Shown: in pieces, positions 8,199 through 13,041 of the stretch
Layout of the letters: the number at the start of each line of letters is the position of its first letter
Numbering within the stretch: the first letter of the stretch is position 1
DNA from: Mycobacterium phage GenevaB15
DNA length: 24,000 nucleotides
Reading direction: 5' to 3' (one strand)
Sequence record: MF319184.1
Notes under the pieces: generated by a model
The model's input: the letters and a program-made list of their open reading frames with translations, nothing else
What the model was told of the DNA's origin: nothing
Databases searched by the model: none
Position numbers and translations under genes: made by a program

Positions 8199-8600
8199 GG
8201 GGCTGTACTGGTTTCGATTGCGAACCGAGTCCATGGAAGCGTGCCGGGAAGATACGCCCGTAACAGTTCAACCTTATAAGCGCTGCTTTTGTCGCTGCTG
8301 ATTACGCCGTAGGTGCGTGATCCGGTGGGGTTCAGAGTTTCACCCGTTTTCTGAACAATCCCACCGTCATTCAAAACGGGGAACCTGCATACCGACTCAG
8401 CATGCAGTGAGCCAGCGATGGCCATAATGCAGATGTCCTCCCGCCGTGAGGAGCGTAGATCGGCTGTGTACCCACACGGTGACCCTTCGAGGGTTAAGCC
8501 CTGTGAGCCAATGGGATACGAGATGAGTTGCAGGCTACGCACGTAGAAGAATGAGTACAGAGAACGTAAGACGCGGGTTCGATTCCCGCCAGCTCCACGA
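8199..8600 (+). ncRNA. ssrA: tmRNA (trans-translation RNA)
   Basis: 5' GGGGCTG pairs with 3' CAGCTCC; T-arm GCGGGTTCGATTCCCGC; reading frame at 8282-8320 GCT GCT TTT GTC GCT GCT GAT TAC GCC GTA GGT GCG TGA gives tag AAFVAADYAVGA. Confidence 0.93.
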
Positions 8601-8768
8601 GACTGCGCACCAGAGGGTAGGCGGACGGGTCAGAGTCCCGTTGCGCCCCTTGGGGAGGCGGGTCACACAGTTTCCTGTTTTCACTGTAAAGCAGGTGGTG
8701 GGATCTGGACCTTAGGCAGTCCCGATCAGTCCTCGGCTTCCCAGTCAGCCGTCACCCGACTGGGGTAA

Positions 8769-8843
8769 TGGGGTATAGCCACAATGGCAGTGGCACCGGG
8801 CTGTTAACTCGGAAGAGTGTTGGTTCGAGTCCAGCTACCCTAG
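8769..8843 (+). tRNA. tRNA-Asn (GTT)
   Basis: Acceptor TGGGGTA/TACCCTA, anticodon arm CCGGG-CTGTTAA-CTCGG, T-arm GTTGG-TTCGAGT-CCAGC. Confidence 0.9.
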
Positions 8844-8846
8844 CGT

Positions 8847-8925
8847 AGCGGGAGGTCGGTGGTTCGAGTCCACCAGCGAGTCGTAAGGGCTCGCTTAGCT
8901 CAGTTGGCAGAGCGCCCGCGTTAAG
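8847..8925 (+). tRNA. candidate circularly permuted tRNA: 3' half (8847-8882), 6-nt linker GTAAGG (8883-8888), 5' half (8889-8925); anticodon TAA (Leu) if joined at 37/38
   Basis: 3' half GCGGG-AGGTC-GGTGG-TTCGAGT-CCACC-AGCGAGT-C; 5' half GCTCGCT-TA-GCTC-AGTTGGCA-GAGC-G-CCCGC-GTTAAG. Acceptor GCTCGCT/AGCGAGT (7 bp) and anticodon stem CCCGC/GCGGG (5 bp). Confidence 0.6.
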
Positions 8926-8961
8926 CAGACGGAGGGGCCGAGTTCGATTCCGGCATGGCGA
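8920..8961 (+). other. orphan tRNA 3'-half-like fragment
   Basis: GACGGAGGGGCCGAGTTCGATTCCGGCATGGCG: T-loop TTCGATT with imperfect T-stem (bulged A); no matching 5' half identified. Confidence 0.4.
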
Positions 8962-8964
8962 AAG

Positions 8965-9757
8965 TCGTTAGGTGATCTGGGATCACACCGTCGAAACTTT
9001 GAGGCATGGCTCATAGGCCAGGGAGACCTGGTGAAAGGGGAGAGTGACATCTCCTCGCCCGCAAGGGTTCTCCATGCAATGTTGCTGCAGTGAAGATCGT
9101 TTACGGCGGTCTTCGAGATGCGAGCTACGCCTAGGTGTCCAGGGCCGTGAACCGGTGGGACGCACCATGCCGTACGTGCGGCTGAAAGGGCTATCGAGCG
9201 AGTGTGGGTATGCAGGACAAGGTGGAAGAACAGTCTGAGGCTTGGCAGCTAAGGGCGGTCACCATGATCGTTTGTGAACTGGTCGGCGGATCAGGGAAGA
9301 ACAGGAGAATGCGGAACACGTTGCCAGCGTGAAGCATTAGAGGCGTGAAGCATTCTGTGCCCCAAAAGGGTTCGGAACTTCATGGGGAAGCACGTCTCTC
9401 GTCAAACAACACCATGCTATTGGTTAGCAAACTGTCTTGAACACAGTTGTCGGGGTTCAATTCCCCACAAGCAAAAGTTCTTCCCCTGCCGGAAAGCAAA
9501 AGCGCCTTAATCCCCGACTGTGGAGCAGAATCGGGGCAGGACGAGCCCGCAAGGCAGATCCTGTTTGTAGGCAAGTAGTGCAGCCATGGGACGGCCATCC
9601 TAACGGCGAAGCGAAAGTCGCAGAGTAGCTTTCGGTATGACGAGTGGTTCACGTACGAACCAGGCGTTGCACATACGCGGGGGACCGCGTGGACAAGTCG
9701 GGAATCCATAATCCGACGAAAGTGTGCGGAGCAAGGTTTAGTCTCTAACCCTTACAC
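8965..9757 (+). ncRNA. candidate large structured ncRNA (GOLLD/ROOL-like by size and context only)
   Basis: About 0.8 kb without convincing CDS between tRNAs; many hairpins, e.g. GGTGATC-TGG-GATCAC, GCATGG...CCATGC enclosing CCAGG-GAGA-CCTGG, GGAGA-GTGACA-TCTCC and CCC-GCAA-GGG; CCCCGA...TCGGGG; ACGCGG-GGGA-CCGCGT; GTCGG...CCGAC. Boundaries are approximate. Confidence 0.4.
9413..9474 (+). tRNA. tRNA-like element, anticodon TGA, no matching acceptor stem; lies inside the candidate large ncRNA
   Basis: D-arm TGCT-ATTGGTT-AGCA, anticodon arm ACTGT-CTTGAAC-ACAGT, T-arm GGGG-TTCAATT-CCCC; flanks do not form an acceptor stem. Confidence 0.4.
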
Positions 9758-9760
9758 AAT

Positions 9761-9832
9761 CGGAATGTGCAGCCTAATGGTAAGGCGGGGAGTTCGCGAC
9801 TCCCGATCCAGGTTCGAATCCTGGCGCTCCGG
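9761..9832 (+). tRNA. tRNA, anticodon CGC (Ala by code)
   Basis: CGGAATG/CGCTCCG (one mismatch), D-arm GCCT-AATGGTA-AGGC, anticodon arm GGGAG-TTCGCGA-CTCCC, T-arm CCAGG-TTCGAAT-CCTGG; unusual 4-nt and 3-nt connectors. Confidence 0.7.
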
Positions 9833-9909
9833 CGTTACCCTGTTCACACCTTCAAATTAACTACGATTTCCAGGTGTTTTGTTTGCCGACAGTCGAACAG
9901 GGTTTCAAT

Positions 9910-9986
9910 CTCGTCGCGAATAGGCGATCACAGCTGGCTGTAAACCAGCTCCTTCGGGTGTGCAGGTTCGACTCCTGACGGCGAGA
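9910..9986 (+). tRNA. tRNA-Tyr (GTA)
   Basis: Acceptor CTCGTCG/CGGCGAG, anticodon arm GCTGG-CTGTAAA-CCAGC, long variable arm, T-arm GCAGG-TTCGACT-CCTGA. Confidence 0.88.
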
Positions 9987-10276
9987 CGTTCGGCGAAGAG
10001 GTGCCTACTCCACCTGTGGACACGGTGAGAGTTCTTAGGGCCGTCCCCGGTCTGGGCTTCGCTATGGGTGGCGCATCGAACACGCTCCCATCGGCTAGTG
10101 GAGAGGTGAGCCGACCGAATTGCCTTTCCAGCCAACTTGACCGGGTTCGTTCAGTCCGTAGTTCCTCCCCGGTGGATCCAACAATTCGAACATGCGGACT
10201 GTGTTGGTCGCACAGCAGAGTGAGCGACCAGGCTGGTCACCTAACTTCGGGTCGCTCCCGAGTCAACGACCATTAT

Positions 10277-10347
10277 TGTCTTCTCGACTAACGGCAAGTC
10301 ACTGGGCTCTGACCCCAGCAATTGAGGTTCGAATCCTTGGGGGACAA
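10277..10347 (+). tRNA. tRNA-Gln (CTG)
   Basis: Acceptor TGTCTTC/GGGGACA, D GACT/AGTC, anticodon arm CTGGG-CTCTGAC-CCCAG. Confidence 0.88.
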
Positions 10348-10353
10348 CGCATT

Positions 10354-10425
10354 CGGGATATGGTGTAAGGGTTAGCGTACCGGCGTTGGAGACCGGAAGA
10401 CATGGTTCGAGTCCATGTATCCCGA
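10354..10425 (+). tRNA. tRNA-Pro (TGG)
   Basis: Acceptor CGGGATA/TATCCCG, anticodon loop GTTGGAG, T-arm CATGG-TTCGAGT-CCATG. Confidence 0.88.
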
Positions 10426-10437
10426 CGACGAGTTTCC

Positions 10438-10519
10438 TGGTTTCCCCGGCTACAAAACCAGGTCTGGCAAGTGAAGCAGCGGGGAGTCCCGCGACCGGCG
10501 TCGAATACCGGGAAGCCGT
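10438..10519 (+). tRNA. degenerate class II tRNA-like element, identity undetermined
   Basis: TGGTTTC/GAAGCCG 7-bp end pairing, hairpin GCGGG-GAGT-CCCGC in variable-arm position, T-arm CCGGC-GTCGAAT-ACCGG with a mismatch; no credible anticodon arm. Confidence 0.35.
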
Positions 10520-10649
10520 CATGGAGCTTGGGGATCAAGACCTCCGCTTGCCGCATCGACTGACCGGTGGGGGCCTCCCGGTCGCATTTCAGAGTCGCTA
10601 CCCATGGCGGGATGCATACCAATTGGGTGGAATTGGGGCCTCAGACTTT

Positions 10650-10733
10650 GGAGAACGGAGCCCACCAGGTGGTGGGGACCGATTGCTAATCGGCTCGCAG
10701 CCCCGCTGTGTGGATCGTGCCCACTCTTCTCCG
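10650..10733 (+). tRNA. tRNA-Ser (GCT), non-canonical T-loop
   Basis: GGAGAAC/CTTCTCC (6/7), anticodon loop TTGCTAA, variable arm CGCAG-CCCCG-CTGTG, T-loop ATCGTGC. Confidence 0.65.
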
Positions 10734-10734
10734 C

Positions 10735-10854
10735 GTGAACGCATACAAGTGCAGTGCATGTAAGCGCCCGGTCGGTCTGATGGTCGACGCGAAGGGCGAG
10801 CCCGAGATGTTCAAGTGCCCGAATACCGGGCGGGTGGCTTCGGCCACCAAGTGA
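10735..10854 (+). CDS. small Cys-containing ORF (39 aa)
   Basis: GTG start: MNAYKCSACKRPVGLMVDAKGEPEMFKCPNTGRVASATK; coding-like composition between tRNAs, absent from the supplied track. Confidence 0.45.
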   Translation: MNAYKCSACKRPVGLMVDAKGEPEMFKCPNTGRVASATK

Positions 10855-10964
10855 GAGACCACGCCCTCGACGGAACTGGTGAACCGTCGTGAAGCCGAGG
10901 CGTCAGACCACAGGCCGCGTGTACCCCAGATGGCGGGTGGCGGCAGGGAAAATATCGGCACAAT

Positions 10965-11039
10965 CGGTTCGTAGCTCAGTTTGGCAAGAGCGCTGGCTTG
11001 AAACCCCAGAGGCCCCAGGTTCGACTCCTGGCGTTCCGG
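10965..11039 (+). tRNA. tRNA-Phe (GAA)
   Basis: D-arm GCTC-AGTTTGGCAA-GAGC, anticodon loop TTGAAAC, T-arm CCAGG-TTCGACT-CCTGG; acceptor CGGTTCG/CGTTCCG has two T-T mismatches. Confidence 0.82.
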
Positions 11040-11179
11040 CGTGTAGATGAAACCAGATCCGTCCGCTACTGGTGAAAAGCGGCGCAGGCCATGGAGACAC
11101 ACAGGCAGCCTGGGAAAATTGCCCCCATGTAACAACTCGAAGCCGACTACCCAGTGAGGCGATAAACAACCTGGGTTAT

Positions 11180-11250
11180 TGCGCGGTGGTGTAACGGGAA
11201 CATCCTGGTCTCATAAGTCAGGGCTTCGGGTTCGAATCCCGGCTGCGCAA
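11180..11250 (+). tRNA. tRNA-Met (CAT)
   Basis: Acceptor TGCGCGG/CTGCGCA, anticodon arm CTGGT-CTCATAA-GTCAG, T-arm TCGGG-TTCGAAT-CCCGG. Elongator Met versus Ile(CAU) not resolved. Confidence 0.88.
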
Positions 11251-11316
11251 CAAGGACGGTTGATCTAGACAGCCGTTAGAGCCTTGGACAAAAACCCCGC
11301 GAGTGGGAACAAAACC

Positions 11317-11511
11317 ATGGCATCAAACGTGAAAGGGCATGAGTTGACCGAGAAGCTGAAGAGCGGTGTGGCCCACAAGTCCATCGTGGACACTGTGAAC
11401 GCACTGATCGACCGCATCGACGCCCTCGAGGCTGAGACTCCCGCAGAGGAGCAGGCAGCTGCCAAGAAGATCGTCCGTAAGCCGAAGGCCACGGACACCC
11501 CGGCTGAGTGA
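11317..11511 (+). CDS. hypothetical protein
   Basis: MASNVKGHELTEKLKSGVAHKSIVDTVNALIDRIDALEAE...; alternative start 11284. Confidence 0.65.
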   Translation: MASNVKGHELTEKLKSGVAHKSIVDTVNALIDRIDALEAETPAEEQAAAKKIVRKPKATDTPAE

Positions 11512-11520
11512 TCGGCCAGT

Positions 11521-11596
11521 CCCGGTGTTGAGCAACGGAGCGCTCAATGGGCTACGAACCCATATTCGCATGCAGGTTCGAATCCTGTCATCGGGT
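11521..11596 (+). tRNA. tRNA-Arg (ACG)
   Basis: Acceptor CCCGGTG/CATCGGG, D GAGC/GCTC, anticodon arm ATGGG-CTACGAA-CCCAT, T-arm GCAGG-TTCGAAT-CCTGT; 8-nt variable region. Confidence 0.88.
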
Positions 11597-11601
11597 CCAT
11601 A

Positions 11602-11674
11602 CCTCTTGTAGCTCAATCGGTTAGAGCAGCGGTTTGTGAAGCCGCAGACCACGGATCGTAACCGTGCAGGGGGA
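11602..11674 (+). tRNA. tRNA-His (GTG), non-canonical T-loop
   Basis: Acceptor CCTCTTG/CAGGGGG, anticodon arm GCGGT-TTGTGAA-GCCGC, T-arm CACGG-ATCGTAA-CCGTG. Confidence 0.85.
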
Positions 11675-11712
11675 CTGTGCGGACATGCCCATATCGCCCC
11701 GCGCCATGGCTA

Positions 11713-11779
11713 GCGGGATCAGCGACGTATCGGTAGGCAGAGGTGGCCACCTTTCGGGTTCGAGCCCCGGTGTTCCGCT
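11713..11779 (+). tRNA. degenerate/truncated tRNA-like element (Gly- or Ala-like)
   Basis: GCGGGAT/GTTCCGC 7 bp, T-arm TCGGG-TTCGAGC-CCCGG, but 6-nt anticodon loop TGGCCA and no variable region. Confidence 0.4.
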
Positions 11780-11783
11780 CCAT

Positions 11784-11855
11784 GTCGAGATGACAGAGTG
11801 GTTATGTGACGGTCTGCAAAGCCGATCTACGCCGGTTCAAATCCGGCTCTCGATT
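11784..11855 (+). tRNA. tRNA-Cys (GCA)
   Basis: Acceptor GTCGAGA/TCTCGAT, anticodon loop CTGCAAA, T-arm GCCGG-TTCAAAT-CCGGC. Confidence 0.88.
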
Positions 11856-11867
11856 CTAGGAGAGACT

Positions 11868-12119
11868 GTGGGAGCACAACTCTCAGCAGCCGAAGCCGCA
11901 AGGATGCGAGCTGCTATCGACTGGGTGGAGAACCACCCGGTCAGCAAGGAACGCCACGTGCAGCTGGTGGCGGCGCTCGTTGATGAGATGCGTTTAGCTG
12001 AGGACACTTCGGACCTGCGTCCGTGGTTCAACCGGCTGTTCGAGATCAACGACGAACTTGATCGGACTCACGGTCGGATTCCCACTGTGGATGACTGGCC
12101 GGGAGATATGGATCTGTAG
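11868..12119 (+). CDS. hypothetical protein (83 aa)
   Basis: GTG start after TAGGAGAG; MGAQLSAAEAARMRAAIDWVENHPVSKERHVQLVAALVDEMRL...; 3' end overlaps the next tRNA. Confidence 0.75.
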   Translation: MGAQLSAAEAARMRAAIDWVENHPVSKERHVQLVAALVDEMRLAEDTSDLRPWFNRLFEINDELDRTHGRIPTVDDWPGDMDL

Positions 12120-12183
12120 CCCAAATGGAAGAGGCGGCAGGCTTAGACCCTGTTCAGTGTGGGTTCGACTCCCTCCAGATTCA
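12110..12183 (+). tRNA. tRNA with anticodon TAG (Leu by code), short variable loop
   Basis: Acceptor GGATCTG/CAGATTC, anticodon arm GCAGG-CTTAGAC-CCTGT, variable TCAGT, T-loop TTCGACT. Confidence 0.82.
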
Positions 12184-12187
12184 CAAT

Positions 12188-12262
12188 GCTCGACTAGGCA
12201 AACTAGGCAAAGCCGCAGGCCTCAAAAGCCAGTGTGTGTGAGTTCGATTCTCACGTCGAGTA
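12188..12262 (+). tRNA. tRNA with anticodon CAA (Leu by code), short variable loop
   Basis: Acceptor GCTCGAC/GTCGAGT, anticodon loop CTCAAAA, variable TGTGT, T-arm GTGAG-TTCGATT-CTCAC. Confidence 0.82.
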
Positions 12263-12266
12263 CTTC

Positions 12267-12340
12267 GGGATGTTGGTATAAACGGCAATTACTGCAGACT
12301 CTTAATCTGTCAAATCTGGGTTCGAATCCCAGGCGTCCCA
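12267..12340 (+). tRNA. tRNA-Lys (CTT)
   Basis: Acceptor GGGATGT/GCGTCCC, anticodon arm GCAGA-CTCTTAA-TCTGT, T-arm CTGGG-TTCGAAT-CCCAG. Confidence 0.92.
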
Positions 12341-12341
12341 C

Positions 12342-12414
12342 TGTGATGTCGTCCAACGGTTTAGGGCACCGATCTGATACATCGGAAACCAGGGTTCAAC
12401 TCCCTGCTTCACTA
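12342..12414 (+). tRNA. tRNA-Ile (GAT)
   Basis: Anticodon arm CCGAT-CTGATAC-ATCGG, T-arm CAGGG-TTCAACT-CCCTG, D GTCC/GGGC; acceptor with two mismatches. Confidence 0.85.
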
Positions 12415-12421
12415 CCACTTC

Positions 12422-12488
12422 GCGGCAGTTCCGGAAAGTGCTGGGCGTCCTAAGCCTGAGCAAGGGTGTTCGAGTCACCTCTGTCGCA
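12422..12488 (+). tRNA. tRNA-Arg (CCT) with shortened D-domain
   Basis: Acceptor GCGGCAG/CTGTCGC, anticodon arm TGGGC-GTCCTAA-GCCTG, T-arm GGGTG-TTCGAGT-CACCT; only 11 nt where the D-arm should be. Confidence 0.65.
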
Positions 12489-12502
12489 CAACAATTCAAC
12501 AT

Positions 12503-12577
12503 GGGGTATTCATCTAGTCTGGCTCAGGATGCGACACTTCCACTGTCGTCACGAGGGTTCGAATCCTTCATACCTCA
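12503..12577 (+). tRNA. tRNA-Gly (TCC)
   Basis: Acceptor GGGGTAT/ATACCTC, anticodon arm CGACA-CTTCCAC-TGTCG, T-arm GAGGG-TTCGAAT-CCTTC. Confidence 0.9.
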
Positions 12578-12625
12578 CCGCCCCTTTCCAAGCCTCTCTG
12601 CGATGCTCAAATGGGAAGGGCCTAA

Positions 12626-12696
12626 TCCCCACTCGTCCAATGGGAGGGCACCGCGCTTACAACGCGAGGACGGGAGTTCGATTCTCTCGTGGGGAA
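12626..12696 (+). tRNA. tRNA-Val (TAC)
   Basis: Acceptor TCCCCAC/GTGGGGA, anticodon loop CTTACAA, T-arm GGGAG-TTCGATT-CTCTC. Confidence 0.9.
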
Positions 12697-12757
12697 CGTC
12701 GACCTGACGAGGTCACCGGGGACCGGGTACCCGGCTTAGCGGCAAACACCCGTCCAG

Positions 12758-12832
12758 GCTGGATTTGCTCATGTTGGCTTGAGCACCTACCTAGTAAGTA
12801 GGAGTACGTCGGTTCGATTCCGACATCCAGCC
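12758..12832 (+). tRNA. tRNA-Thr (AGT)
   Basis: Acceptor GCTGGAT/ATCCAGC, anticodon arm CCTAC-CTAGTAA-GTAGG, T-arm GTCGG-TTCGATT-CCGAC. Confidence 0.93.
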
Positions 12833-12891
12833 CCATGTTCAGTCCGCTCCTGTGTTCAACATTGTTGAACTGCATGAAGACTGAACGCTCT

Positions 12892-12963
12892 GGGGGCGCA
12901 TGTTCCAAGGTGGCGACCGACCCTTGCAAGGTTGGTGGGCGAGTTCGATTCTCGTCGCTTCCA
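12892..12963 (+). tRNA. tRNA-Ala (TGC)
   Basis: Acceptor GGGGGCG/CGCTTCC, anticodon arm CGACC-CTTGCAA-GGTTG, T-arm GCGAG-TTCGATT-CTCGT. Confidence 0.9.
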
Positions 12964-13041
12964 CGCTCAGTATGCAGATCGTAGGCCTGTAGGGTACGAA
13001 ATGCATACTCGCACAATAGGTCGCGTAGGCGACTATATAAT

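Noticed and set aside
8590-8760. Additional tRNA between tmRNA and tRNA-Asn (ACGGG-TCAGAGT-CCCGT, GCGCA/TGCGC).
   Set aside because: T-arm-like hairpin and short end pairing exist, but there is no anticodon arm and the T-loop lacks TTC; kept only as unexplained spacer structure.
8699-8767. Terminator at CCCAGTC...GACTGGG.
   Set aside because: 7-bp stem but no T-tract and it lies inside the RNA array just before tRNA-Asn.
8920-8995. A second permuted tRNA made of the orphan 3'-half-like fragment (GACGG...ATGGCGA) and downstream TCGTTAG...CCGTC.
   Set aside because: CCGTC/GACGG pair, but the T-stem is bulged, the acceptor pairs only in a shifted register and T33 is missing. The downstream piece is better explained by the hairpin AAAGTCG...GTGATC-TGG-GATCAC...ACTTT at the edge of the candidate ncRNA.
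9196-9202. AGCGAGT as an alternative downstream partner for the 5' acceptor GCTCGCT, i.e. an intron-containing tRNA instead of a permuted one.
   Set aside because: No T-arm or GCGGG anticodon-stem strand precedes it, unlike the upstream 3' half at 8847-8882.
8965-9757. RNase P RNA, group I or group II intron.
   Set aside because: I could not find the RNase P CR-I/CR-V consensus, a group II domain V pattern or convincing group I P7 core. Not formally excluded; Infernal would decide.
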